Source: Rhizophagus irregularis (lineage: Eukaryota). Taken from it: a DNA stretch of 64,000 nt. Shown here piece after piece: positions 13,722 to 26,120 of this stretch (position 1 is the stretch's first letter; each line of letters opens with the position of its first letter). The DNA is taken from positions 310,001 through 374,000 of the forward strand of contig NC_089435.1 of NCBI RefSeq assembly GCF_026210795.1, in the 5' to 3' direction. The position numbers and the translations under genes were made by a program. The notes beneath the pieces were generated by a model. The model was not told the DNA's origin. It did no database searches and saw nothing but the letters and a program-made list of their open reading frames with translations.

Positions 13722-14229
13722 TTTATAATATTACAGTATAAACAAGTATAGAAAATTCAACGTATTTATAGTTTTAAATTCTTATTTAATGAACCGTTTA
13801 ATAGAATGTAGAATTTTCTGTTGGTGAATTCGCCCTAGTACTACGGAAAATTCGGTTTTTATTTAGAAGTACTTTATCGAAGGCAAACATGCATATAATG
13901 CATTTATGACGTTGATCTGCATGTCTAACCATATTTATTTCAATTGAAAAGAACAATAAGGACTAAAGTTTCTATTTTAATAATTTCATTATCCAAAAAA
14001 AAATATTTTCTTTTACGTTTTGTATGTTATCAACTGTAAATTTGATCGATATGGTCGATACATCTCTATTCACACTATTTTTAAATCAATCTAAACCATA
14101 TAAATTTTGGTTTATTATTTAAAATGACCATTTATAATTAATTTATTTTATATTTATTTTTTTAACTCAACGATAAATCCTATATATATAAATAAATTTA
14201 GAAAAAGGAAAATTAAAAATAAATTTGAA

Positions 14230-14300
14230 AATGTAATAAAAATAAGAATCTATTCATTAATTATTGTAATCTTCCAAAATTGTATGTACTCGCAACAGGA
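14230..14300 (-). pseudogene. Remnant of the last exon / 3' UTR of an aldo-keto reductase
   Basis: TTCATTAATTATTG..TCTTCCAAAATTGTATG.ACTCGCAACAGG matches the 3' end of the AKR at 57479. Confidence 0.75.
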
Positions 14301-15100
14301 ATGAATACGTATAAAATTATTTTTTTTTAGCTAAAGAAAAGAAAGTTATTCTTTATAAAAAGATGGAAAAATCGAAAAGGTGAAAAGAAAAGTTTATAGC
14401 ATATTAAAATTTTATAATTATGAATTTTAAGTTGAATATTAACAAGAAATTAACATCGAATCACCGCAGATGGAATAAGAGTTAGGAGAGTTGGATGGTT
14501 CTATACATGACAACTTGAAATCCGCATTACATCATTCAACGAAATATTTGATATCTTACTTATCACCAATTATATGTCATGAAAAATTATTTTGTTTGTC
14601 ATAATCTATATCACTATATGACTATACCATATCCTTGAACAATTAGACTATGACGAACGTTCATTTATTCTTGTTAAAATTATTCTTATAATCAATTTCT
14701 TAAAAATTTTTTTTTAACCGTAAAACATGTAAAATTTATTAAAAAATTGTCTATTAGTACATAAAATAATAATCTTTTGGACTATCTCTAATATAATTAA
14801 TTTCCACGCCATCCGTCATGCCTTGCGGCACCCCATATGTGAACTGTCGGGTATCAATTTCTTAGATTAAAATAAAGATTGAAAAAAAAGGTAGTAAATA
14901 TTTTATTAATAATAACAACAACAATAATAAAATAATAATTATTATTATAATATTTTATCCATCAAACCTACTCTTTAAAAGATAAAAGATTTTGGATCGA
15001 AAAATTAGATGAAGCGTAGATGTTAGATTACTATTATATTAGGGTATATTGTGTAATATCATTCAGCTTACCACATCTTACTTTGATTGTTTGGTGTAAT

Positions 15101-15568
15101 TTATCCTGAAGTATCTTCAGGGATAGCACCGTTTGGAGAAATCGAGTTTGTATCGTAAGCATTATTATCTGAATATTCTTGGAACGTAGGTTGAATATTC
15201 ATATTATTGAAAGATTGTTGTTGAATGGTATTTTGTTGATAGTTAACAGGTTTAGGAATGTGAGATGAATTGATATTATTATTCAGGAATTGTGCGATTT
15301 CTGTTGAATTTAATTCGGTATAGGTAACATGATAGATACGTGTATCATTTGGTAAAGGAAGATAAAATTCAAATGTATTATTCTGAGGTGTAGAAATAGT
15401 ATTATTATTATTATATAAATTATCTTGATTCATATTAGTTATTCCTACGTTTGAAGCATGCTGGAAGGTTTCATTATTATCAGTAATTTGTGAAGTTACG
15501 GAGTTATTTCCAGTTTGATCCGTTGGTAAATTAGGAAAATCTTGTGTAACATGGTTACCTGAATTCAT
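15101..15568 (-). CDS. Q/N-rich family X protein, short form
   Basis: 155-aa ORF with FEFYLPLPNDTRIYHVTYTELN and one QQSFNNMNIQPTFQEYSDNNAYD unit. Confidence 0.8.
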   Translation of the reverse strand: MNSGNHVTQDFPNLPTDQTGNNSVTSQITDNNETFQHASNVGITNMNQDNLYNNNNTISTPQNNTFEFYLPLPNDTRIYHVTYTELNSTEIAQFLNNNINSSHIPKPVNYQQNTIQQQSFNNMNIQPTFQEYSDNNAYDTNSISPNGAIPEDTSG

Positions 15569-16717
15569 AGTTTTTTCTAGATGGATTTTTTTTAAAGTAA
15601 ATTTGTAAAAAATTTTTTTTTAAAAAAAAAAACCTTACTTTTATAGGTATTAGAGAAGTACAATGGTACGACGTCAACAAATTTTACAACAATCGTAATA
15701 AATCGCTGTGCGACGAAAATATTATTTTTCATTTACGGTAAATCCCGAACCCTTCTTGGCACTATTTTTAAATGATCGTCATTTTTTAAATATTAAATTT
15801 GGATGTTTATGAAAGACGACTACAAAGAGAACAAATAGGATATAAAATAATGGTGTAACGATCAAAATTAAATATACAAACTATTCTAGACTACATTTAA
15901 CCGGAGATTAACTATAATATAAAACTAAAATGGAGATTCCTTTCCATCAAAAAGATTTTGTAAATGATCATATGTTCATCAACCTATACCCTTCAAATAT
16001 ATAATATTTTAAATTTTTAATTAAAAAAGGGTGTAAAATTTTTTTTATTGCCTTTACGTTATAGAAACTTTATAATTTTCTTTATTATGTATAAGTAAAT
16101 AATTTGGAGCACGGTATTCATTTTAATAATAGAGAAGTAATGTTCTCGATTGATTCTTTAAATATGAGACAAAAAGCAGGGACTACAAGCACACGTTATC
16201 TCGATTAGATTCTTTGCAAAATTTCGTTTGTTTTGATGATCGGCAAAGATGGTCATGTGCAAAATTATTGTTGTATCAGTTATTTTTATCATCAAAACTC
16301 ACAAGATAAATGTATTTAACCTTATATGTAACATTGTTATTGGTCATGTTGTCAGAGAATACCATGTGGTCTTCGGTCGTATAATAATATTCTTAATATG
16401 TGCATGTTATCTTAACCATTTATGTAAAGTATATAATATCCTTTTATGTAAACGCTATATTAACTATATGGGTGGTTAATCTTTGTTTAATGGTATCAAT
16501 TTCTTTTTTAGGATCATAATTCTAACATTGTCCCATGATATCGTTTGTTTGTGTTACATAATGTTACATAAATTACTAATTAACTTAATAGGAAACGACG
16601 CATTCAAACTGAATAAATACATAAATATCTGGTAATTCTTCTTTCTTTTTTTAAAAAAAATTTCATCAATATATAAACTAACAACCTGATACTATACAAG
16701 ATTATTCTAATTTACTA

Positions 16718-17212
16718 ATGGATCAAACTGAAAATAACTTCATCAATAATACTAATACAACAACTCCTGCACCTCAAAATATTACACTTGAATTTTATTT
16801 TACTTCACCAGATGGTACGCGTATTTATCATGTTACGTATACCGAATTAAATTTAACGGAAACCGCGCGACACTTAAATAGTAGAATTGATTTATCCCGC
16901 ATTCCTGATCATCAGCTTACTTATCATTATAATGTACAACATTCAATTCGCCAACAGATTGTTCAACGATCTGTTATCCCACAATCTTTCGATACTATGG
17001 TTATTCAACCAATTTCCCAAGAATATCCAAATGATAATGCTTACGATGTATCTTCAATTTCTCCTATTCAACAACCTGTTGATTATCAACAAGATACTCC
17101 CCCACAACAATCTTTCGAAACTATAATTGTTCAACCTACTTTCCAAGAATATTTAGATGACAATACTTACGATGCAACTTCAATTCCTCCAAATAGTCTT
17201 GAAAATACTTGA
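16718..17212 (+). CDS. Q/N-rich family X protein
   Basis: 164-aa ORF, one conserved domain plus two repeat units; divergent from 15101-15568. Confidence 0.8.
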   Translation: MDQTENNFINNTNTTTPAPQNITLEFYFTSPDGTRIYHVTYTELNLTETARHLNSRIDLSRIPDHQLTYHYNVQHSIRQQIVQRSVIPQSFDTMVIQPISQEYPNDNAYDVSSISPIQQPVDYQQDTPPQQSFETIIVQPTFQEYLDDNTYDATSIPPNSLENT

Positions 17213-18768
17213 GGATATAATGGAGTTCAATTACGTCATAAACATCAAATCATAACTTTAGATAAAACTATGGTATTAATTAAGCTAGATATTATATAAG
17301 AAATATAATTATATTAATTTAAATTCAATTTTTATGTTACATATGTTACATTTAATAAATCTTTTTGTTTTTTAAAAAAGTAGTTTGATGGGTGTATCTT
17401 TTAAATTATTGTATTGTTATTTTTTTTATGTCCTTTTCAAATTCTATTTTTATTGGCATTTTTAAAAATACAGTAGTATTCTTCAAATATATAATGCCAC
17501 AACATTTTAAAAACGGCGTAATCTATTTTAAGAATAAATTTATTATTTAACGGACATCTATTATTATAGGGAATATAATTTCCGCCACCATGTGATGTAA
17601 TCATGTGATGCGAAGCGTATACCGACTATACCGTGGTGTTTAAATATTAATTTATTAACCACATACAGTATATTTTTAACGAAGGAATCAATAAAATAAA
17701 CTTTTTTCTCTCTTTTTGTAGAAAACAATAATGTTTACAGTATTCTTTTGGTGAGATACTGTCCTAAATTATTTGCATGAACGTAAGATAACATAAGTCA
17801 TCGTTAATTTTAATTCAAAAATTTAAGGCTAAAGTTACATTGTTAAGGATAATTTTCGTTTAACCAAATTTATTTTCAAACAAAATTAAATACAGAATTA
17901 AAAAGGAAGAAAGAGAGAACAGCTGAAGCAAAAATATTTTAATTCAGGGCCTCGGATTTAAAATTGAGTGAAATCAAAAATCACTTGATTTATTGAATGA
18001 TATAAACAGGGTATGTGAGAAACGAGAATAATTATAATATTTAATTGTTCAATTAGCTCAGTAACCAACGTCCAACGCTTGCTTTTTAGTATATGATAGT
18101 AGTAATGCTTTTAACGCAGTTCCTTTCAACGAAACTATGATACGTAATTATTATTTTGAGTGTTATTGCATAATTCTTATATACTTAGTAAGTGTAGGAT
18201 TATCTATTTTTCCTATGTTTAACGGTGTGTACTTTTATACCATACGAGAAATTAATATCCTTCATCGTTTCAAAGAAATTAAAAAATTATATATGGGCGA
18301 ATCATTGAAAGAAAGAAAATTATTTCAAATTGACATACGAAATGCGCGTCAATGTCATAACATGAAAATTTACTCGCAAAATTTTACCCAGGAAATAAAC
18401 ATTATTAATCACATAAACTCATGCATAACCTCTAGGAGAATTATGCGTGGGAATGTCGAATTTGGGATTCGTTATCAGGGGTTATTTCTCAATGATTGTT
18501 GTGTTCAAGGTTATATCAACTAAATAAGAAATAATAGGTAACTTTGTATGACATTAGCCATACTTTTATTTCATGACGTAAAACAGATACAGCGTCAACA
18601 ATTATTATACATTATTAATAATAAAGGCATGGTGGACGAAATGCAACCCCACAATATCTTAGTCTTCTTACAAGAATTGCATTAAGGCAAGAGTCAGAAA
18701 GATTAGATGCAGGAAATAATTATGCTATAGGTAAAACGGACTCGGAAGGCTCTGACCCTAGTTCCGAT

Positions 18769-19408
18769 TAGGGATCGGAATCGATTCTACCAAAATCGAA
18801 TTAATCGAAAATCGAATCGTCTGAATAGAATCGATTAATCGAATCTAAAAATTGAATTTCAATAAATCAATTATTTTGATATTATAGTGCAGCGAAATAA
18901 TCTTTTTATTTCTATATAAACTGTACTTTGATAAAAAAAATCCCATCAAATTACTAAAAACGTTGATAAAATTAAAGATTCTGCACTTGAACATTCTGGC
19001 CGAAACTATAATGCAGGCCAGAATTATGAATTAATGCGACCAATAAAAATTTCCCCGGTTTTATTTAAAACAATATATTATTTAATTAGAATAGAATTGG
19101 AATATTACAATTTATTATAATAATAATTTATAATATTGTCGTACTGTTGGCCTAAAACCGAATTTAATTTTAATTGTCGATCATTTAAATCCAACTTAAT
19201 ACAGAATTTCATGACGATCTACATCTGAACCAGGTTCGGATGATATTGCAAATAGTAGAAAATCACATTGCAATATTATATTAATTCGATTAGATTCGAT
19301 CAATCGAAGTCAAAAATCGAATCCCCGAATCGAAACTTTGATACGATTAATCGAATCTTTAATCGATTCTCGAGATTCAATTTTCGATTGAATCGATTCC
19401 AATCCCTA
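18769..19408. mobile_element. Non-autonomous hAT-type element (640 bp)
   Basis: TIRs TAGGGATCGGAATCGATTC / GAATCGATTCCAATCCCTA (18/19); 8-bp TSD GTTCCGAT (18761-18768, 19409-19416); many AATCGA subterminal motifs. Confidence 0.92.
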
Positions 19409-20793
19409 GTTCCGATGAAGATTCGGAGGCAGAGACCGTAAAAAATGAAATAACTGATAATCAAAATGTACAGCTACTGATTTCGATGATGGGTTAGGTG
19501 AGAATTCATTTTTTCGATCAAGATATAATTCATTATCTGTTAGAGTCATAGAGAATCAAAAGCAGTCATCCCGCGACTGGCAAATGCGGTGAACGGAAAA
19601 AGTTTAATTTTATTTTTTTACATATAAACATGTACGTAAAAACTGTCAAAGCTAAAGTTGGCAATAATAAAGTCTATTGTGTCCTAGAACCTGGACTCGA
19701 AGACCATCCATGTGTTCTGATAAAATGCTCAAGAGTATTGGTAGGAAAATTTCTAGACAAATAAGCGCTAAAGACAGAAATAGTGGGAGATGGTCGGCCA
19801 TCCTCTTGGGTGGGCTGTAGTTCCGCTCACTTTTACTACAAATATAAAGTTCGAATCCTGACCTAATAATAAGACTAAGCCTATCACAATTCTAACCAAA
19901 GTATTGATTGCAAAGCATGACTCCATGTTCCTGATTATATCTTACTTGGCAATGATTGGTTTTATGGTCGAAACAATGATGGGTACCAGGTGTATTTAGC
20001 AGAAATTGTAACAGATGCGGAAGATGTCTGGTTAAGAACAACGCTATGTATATAAAGAACTCGTCAGGAGAGTGGGAGCTGTGGCGCTTGTTAAAAACTA
20101 GACTCGCCTCCCGTGGAGCACCCTTAAAGGGGCACTATTCTGGAGATTCTGAAACTGAATCTTCCGATTCATCTGATTCGTCCAATGAATACTCTATACT
20201 CTGATGGGGTAGTAAGTGTCCCTAGTCCGGAGCAGAGATCAGCAGGCCGGGTAGTTACAGCAGATGATCATTAGCTCTAATGGTCATGTGAGTTGGCTGT
20301 GTTTGTGCGACAGAATACTTTCGAAAGAAATAAAATACGCTAACCGCCACCTCTTTCTTTTCCCTGAACAAACGCGCGAGGAATGTGAAAAAAGCTATGT
20401 CACAACACAAGACCAACCCAATAAGTCAATATTGACGGTAAAACCATATACTATGAAGGGCTGAGGACTTTGCAATTCCGAGATCGTCAGGCGCAAAGCT
20501 ACTTTGAGTCTTGCGAGGAAGATCATATGAAAAGGTTTGAAAAATCCGTTTGCAAGTGCTTTCAAGAGTTTCTTGGCACCACACGATAATGTTAGTCATA
20601 TTCCTGCTGGCTTTTTATTATTTGGCGGCTCTTGATACGAGATATAAGCGTCAAGGACTGGCCTTAAGTAGAAGTTCACTCAACCTTCTCGCGAAAATTA
20701 AGGTGCGTATATGTCGGAAGTTATGCTTTCATGTGAACGAAGCGCGAGTAATTTCTCACCCTAAGTTGTGTCTTCGGGTTTCAGGAAAGCAAG

Positions 20794-21210
20794 ATGAGTA
20801 TTACTCTCAACTGTCTTATTATCCCCATAGGGGGGGGTTTTTTAGCTTCCACGCAATGAAGTAATTCAAGCGATTCCAATTTACACAAGTCAAGACGTTA
20901 GCGCGCTCGAAACTGCAATTCAAGAACAAATTGTGGGAACCATTTAATAATTATCCCCATAGGGGGGGTTTTTTTAGCTTCCACGCAATGAAGTAATTCA
21001 AGCGATACAAGTCAAGACGTTAGCGCGCTCGAAACTGCAATTCAAGAACAATTGTGGGAACCATTTAATAATAAGTCTCTAGACATTCAACAAGTTCATC
21101 CCGGAAGCGTTCCTGAAAAGTCTATGAACTCGCAGGCTCAAATTTCCATTTTTTTTCCTAAACAGCCTCTACCAGGCTTCATCCATGTCACCGTTTACCC
21201 CCTGTCATAA
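20794..21210 (+). pseudogene. Stand-alone Crinkler (CRN) N-terminal ubiquitin-like domain, disrupted
   Basis: Reconstruction: MSITLNCLIIPIG...LPRNEVIQAIPIYTSQDVSALETAIQEQ...SMNSQAQISIFFPKQPLPGFIHVTVYPLS*. Has the CRN-like ITLNCLI start and IHVxV end; broken by a homopolymer frameshift and an internal duplication. Confidence 0.65.
20819..21071 (+). repeat. Tandem duplication, 132 bp + 121 bp
   Basis: 20819-20950 is repeated at 20951-21071 with a ~10-bp deletion and small indels. Confidence 0.95.
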
Positions 21211-21499
21211 TAATTTTTAATATTATGTTGCGAGCGAGCGAAGTAGTAGTAATTCGAATTTTATGTATTATTGCCGCTTCTGGTACTTTTTATTCTATTA
21301 CAGAAAAATAAAACATTGTTATTTTACCCGTACGAAGCTTGTTTTGTTCTATTGGTAAATGTCACGTGTAATGAGCTACGCTGAAAATCACCCGGCTGTT
21401 TGTGCGACATAAAACCTATATTAACGCCTGCTTTTCAGAAATATATCTCACATCGGTATACTCCGAACGTAACACATTTTCACCCGAACCAAACAACCA

Positions 21500-21836
21500 A
21501 TGTCTGAAACTAATACACTTCTACCGCCACTACTACTGGAAATGACTCGCTCATGTTTGCGGACAAAGGATGAAGAAAGCCGGAATGAAACCAGCAAGTT
21601 CTTCTAGTTCTTACTCCGACTCCAATTCAGACTCTAACTCCGATTACGACGAATCTATGGAGCGGATCCATGATGAACTCACACGCAAAGAAGTAGAAGC
21701 ATTCGAGGCGGCAAAGTCCAAATGGGCCGATATTAAGATATTCGACGACGAATCTGATGAGGAAGAAAGTAAGAATGAAACGCCTCAAATCACGAATGAA
21801 GAAATCTTTGCAGCTTTAGGGATTTTCGAAGAATGA
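21500..21836 (+). pseudogene. Acidic Ser/Asp/Glu-rich hypothetical protein, frameshifted near the N-terminus
   Basis: ATG at 21500 (MSETNTLLPPLLLEMTRSCLR) is one base out of frame with ORF 21570-21836. Confidence 0.45.
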
Positions 21837-22203
21837 ACAATCCGACCGAAGTGGACCTATAGACCATCCGAACCATGCTATTCTGCGCGAAGAAATGTCT
21901 CAATCAGAAGGTATCTCGGTACAATCATAATCCGGGCGCAGCACTCATGTGGCGCAGCATGACATCGGAAAAATTCTTACCGAAACTGTTTATCCGCTGG
22001 GAATGTGTAAGTTTATCAACATGATTTGCAAGGAGGATTGACGCATTGGCAAAATGCTGTACGTAATTGCTAATGAAGATCCAGTTGATCGTTTGTTCCT
22101 GTAGTGCTATATTAACGGCCTTTTTTTTCACTTACTCCCAAAGCCCGGATGTCTCTGTCCAACATTCAAAACCTCGCGTACAGCATCCTGAAGAAACTAG
22201 GAG

Positions 22204-22386
22204 ATGGAGAAATGTCCGCAATGTGGTAAAGAGATCCTTTCACCTTCATTCGAAGCATTTACTGTGTTATCTTGTGGGCATGTGTTTCATAGGGAATGTA
22301 TCAAAAAAACTTTCCTATTAACACGTCAAAATAATTGTCTTATCTCTGATTATGCTGCAACTGTATTGCTTGTAGTTTCTGAATGA
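22204..22386 (+). pseudogene. RING-H2 zinc-finger remnant
   Basis: CPQC-x14-CGHVFHREC-x11-C; the final Cys is missing and flanking frames contain stops. Confidence 0.7.
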
Positions 22387-23036
22387 AGATTTTCAACATC
22401 ATCAACACAATCGAACTCTTCAGCCTTACTATAACGCTATCTCAGTCAAGTGCTTCGTCAATAGTTAGAAGGATGAGTAATCAACTTCAGATACCAGAGG
22501 TACCAGAACAAGAAATGGATGTGGATAACGAGGAATAGAAGTAGGCCAACTCAGCCTGTTAGCCGCAATAAGAAGCACTTTAATGAAGCTACCGACGCCT
22601 CTGCCAGCAAGAAACTTTAGGAGTGCCAATACTCAGCTCTCGTATAATGCACGAGAGTTTCATTCTTTGTCTGTTTCTTAAGTTTCGGAGGTCAGAGAAA
22701 AGAAGGTCTTTTTAAGCTTCAGCAGGAAGTAGGTAATTCCCACGTTTTTTTAACTTTCTACAGCAAAACTGAAGAGAAGCACAAAAATTCGAATCAAGAT
22801 CAGATTTTCGTGATGCAATCGTATTCACCCATAAGCATATAACAAAGATGATATCACAGTTGGTAAATTCTCTTATGTGTAAGTAAAACGCAAAAGTCAA
22901 GCGAAACAATCAAATTTATTATTATTTACATTATTAATATTATCACTAAATGATATTTAAGCAACAGGTTATTTTTTCTAGATAAATCGTGGTTACTTTT
23001 GACTACATAAAAAGAAACTAGAGATCTTGGTGACAA

Positions 23037-23716
23037 CTACAACACTTTTACGCCTATGTACTCTGCCAAACGCCTTCTCCGATCTCGTACTAAACCTCCA
23101 CCAACTTGTAAGCCATAAAAGGCTAGGAGGTTATCGATAGTTTGCCCTGTAGATTTAAAAAGCAATTTACCAACCATTAGAATCATTAAAAAGTAAAATC
23201 ATGTTGGCTATATATATTATATATACCATTCGCTCTCCGAAGTTGGGAAACATTCGCGGGGAAGTTGTTGGGAAGCACATTTCGAAGATTTGGCAGAACT
23301 TCTATTCTTTCGCGTGGATTACTTATTCGAGAATTTACCGTCCTGCAAAAAGAACGGACGTCTCTAAATAATAAAATATACATTTATCCACCATTATTTT
23401 GGTAAAAATCATTTAAAAATACATCAATATATACATACAGTGCTTGGATTGAACGTCGGATTCGTCTTAGGCGTCTATGATCGGTTCTCTGGGTCTGTTG
23501 AACAGTTCGTAGATCTCGTCGAACAGTTTGTAGATCTCGTCGAATCCTTCGTAGAGTTCCCGTCATTTGTTGTTGGTTTCGCAATATTTGATTTACTTGT
23601 ACAGCGACGTTAGTTGTCGGGATATTCGGTAGCCGGGATAATTCCAAAGTCACGTTTCCGGTGGCTGTAGCGAGAGCATTGAGATTTTGAACTAAAAGGG
23701 GGAAATTTGGCTGAGC
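23037..23716 (-). CDS. Coiled-coil protein with Mug135-like C-terminal domain (start exon not resolved)
   Basis: Exons 23716-23439, 23363-23227, 23146-23037 splice in frame to ...NFPANVSQLRRANGQTIDNLLAFYGLQVGGGLVRDRRRRLAEYIGVKVL*; RRDL(Q/R)TV heptad-like repeats upstream. Confidence 0.72.
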
Positions 23717-24115
23717 CTAATAATATAAAAAGTGATTAGTCTTTGAACTTGGAACTAATTTTTTTAACTTAGTTTTGCCATTTTCTTTGTTATTATTAAA
23801 AAAGATCAGAAATAAACTTTGATATTTAGGCTTTATTTATGGAACAATAAATTCTACGGATCAATCAAATGCAGTGCTTACATTCCCATATACTTCTTCT
23901 AATAAGCTTTTTTGCGGAGTATAAAACATTTTTATTGGAGTTAACTTTACTAACTTACGTGCGCGTTCAAATGATTCAATACTCTGTGCAACGTTTGACA
24001 ATTTTCTCCCACATAATCACTTGAGTCGTAATGTGAAAAGTCGTCGTATCTGTGTCGATATTTATGTTAAGAATAAATTTATTTTCTAACGAACACAAAC
24101 GAACATCTTTCACCT

Positions 24116-24742
24116 TTAATTTTCATTTTGACAAACTTCAAGGATATGGGAAATATGGAAATTGGCATTGGCAACTTTCATGTTGTTACTTAAAATTTCA
24201 TCTATTCTGGTAGTGATATCATCATATGATGAGGCGAACATTTGTGGCCCACCTTTCCTATTGTAACTGTTCCATTGATTGCATGGGAATTGTGCATCAT
24301 AGAAAATCTTATTAAAGGCCATCTGAATGTTGGAACCCCATGGATTGAGGACCCATTCAAATAACCAATGATATAAAATTTGTTTAGACCAGAGGATATC
24401 ATCACACAACCTATTACGGAGTTCATTTGAGGCTTCTTCCGTAAGTTCCCATTCCATAAGTAATCTCTTATCGTCACCTGAAGTTAAACCACTTATGCCA
24501 GTTCCCTCAATACCAACGAAGATTTTGGGATTCAATTGCTGGCGTTCTTCAAGAAAATTAAACATGAGTTGCATATTCGTTTTAAGATTAAGGTGGACTT
24601 CCACTTCCAGAAAGGACCTAACAAGGTTTGATTGAAAACCTCAGCTAATGAAATAGGCCATAATTTCAGGTATAAAGCTGTCGCTTGTTGGTTTATCTAA
24701 TAATAATCTTGCTCCGGGTGTGATCGACGAAATGGTAGACAT
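24116..24742 (-). pseudogene. Hypothetical ~208-codon gene 'Y' with one in-frame TGA
   Basis: ATG at 24742 (MSTISSITPGARLLLDK...) is in frame with ORF 24604-24116; the only lesion seen is TGA at 24643-24641. Confidence 0.65.
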
Positions 24743-24824
24743 GAAAGTTTTCTCTTTTAATTATTTAAAGTTGTTTAATTAATGCTGTTTGAAGGTCAGA
24801 AGTGGTTTATAAAAATTTACTTAC

Positions 24825-25191
24825 CCTTGGTTTTTAGTTCTTTTTGAAAATAATAGTACGGAACTTTGTCAATGAAAAGCTTTATGTATCATGTGTGCTT
24901 GAAGTATAAAACTTATAAATATCAAAACAAAACTTAAAATTGCAGTAAAATGAGTCATACCTTATCAAATGTGAGCATGAACTTATAAAAGGAGTAATAA
25001 GGAATATCTCCATAGAACAAGACTGCTTGTTCGTCCAGAATTGAAACTTTAGCTATCACATTTTTATATTTTACTGTACTCTTCTCCTTAATAATACCAA
25101 GCTTAAAGGCTTGTTGTAAATAATTAATGTATTTTGTTTTCTGCAGTTTTACCTCACTTCTTATCTCAACTGTATTGTCAGAAGTGGTCAT
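24825..25191 (-). pseudogene. Small spliced gene, possible RAMA-like domain
   Basis: Exon 25191-24961, GT-AG intron 24960-24898, exon 24897-24825 reading HT*YIKLFIDKVPYYYFQKELKTK. The pattern LGII..VKYK..V.I.D..L.Y..Y.S..F loosely resembles RAMA. Confidence 0.35.
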
Positions 25192-25689
25192 AGTCGAATA
25201 TTATATATAAATTAGTGAGTGAATAAACAAATTTAGATCTTTGTCGCACAAGGTCACAAACCTGTCATATTGACGTTACTAGTATCGAATTTGAAAATGA
25301 AGTGCCAATTGCGTGGAATAAGGGTTAGGAGAGTTATAAATGAAAATTTGACACCTGCATCATCATTCAAAAGAATTTTCAGAAGATAATTTTCTTGGTA
25401 GTTGATATATATCTTACTTTATATTGCGAATAATATATCATATCAGTGATCGGAAAAAATTATTTTGTTTTTAATAAAAATAGTAAATGATGGATATTCA
25501 TTTATTCTTATATAATTTCTTGAATTAAAAGAGTTTGAAAAAAAAGAACCAGTAAATAGTAATAATAATAAAAGAATAATAATTATTATTGATCTTTAAA
25601 AAGATTTTGGATGAAATTAAATGAACATATAAGAATTCTAACATCATTATATTTGGCTTACCACATTTTGATTGGTTTGATTATTTTGG

Positions 25690-26120
25690 TGTAATTTGTC
25701 CTGAAGTGTAGCACCGTTTTGAAAAATTGTAGGTAGGGATTGTGTACCGTAAGCATTATTATCTGAATATTCTTATATTATCTATCGAAAGAATGGTATT
25801 TGTTGAATTGTGCGAACTTAATTCAACATACGTAACATAATAGATGTGTATCATTTAGTAAAGGGAGATAGAATTCAAATGTATTATTGAGGAGTGGTAA
25901 TAAGTATAGGGCAGTGATGTACTCTTGGAAGATTGGAAGCATAATTTTCTAATAAAACCATTTGGAATGGAAACTTTCAACTAAATTTTTATACTGGAAG
26001 TACAAATGCACATCACTGGTGTAGAGTATTATTAACATGTAAATTATCTTGGTTCGTATTAGGTATTCCTACGTTTGAAGAGATTCATTATCATTTAAAT
26101 AATTTGTGAATTTATGGAGT
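25690..26120 (-). pseudogene. Decayed family X gene (duplicate of 15101-15568)
   Basis: Collinear similarity to 15095-15500 with deletions and an inserted MITE. Confidence 0.8.
25912..26018. mobile_element. Small hAT-like MITE inside the family X pseudogene
   Basis: TIRs CAGTGATGT / ACATCACTG; degenerate 8-bp TSD GTATAGGG / GTGTAGAG; absent from the paralog at ~15390. Confidence 0.6.

Noticed and set aside
18137..18523. 128-aa ORF as an intact gene
   Set aside because: No recognisable motif; lies in decayed coding-like DNA with stops and frameshifts on both sides.
24641..24891. In-frame TGA read as Trp (Mollicutes endosymbiont, code 4) or selenocysteine
   Set aside because: Gene Y uses TGG for its other Trp codons, spliceosomal introns are adjacent and no SECIS was seen; nonsense mutation is simpler.
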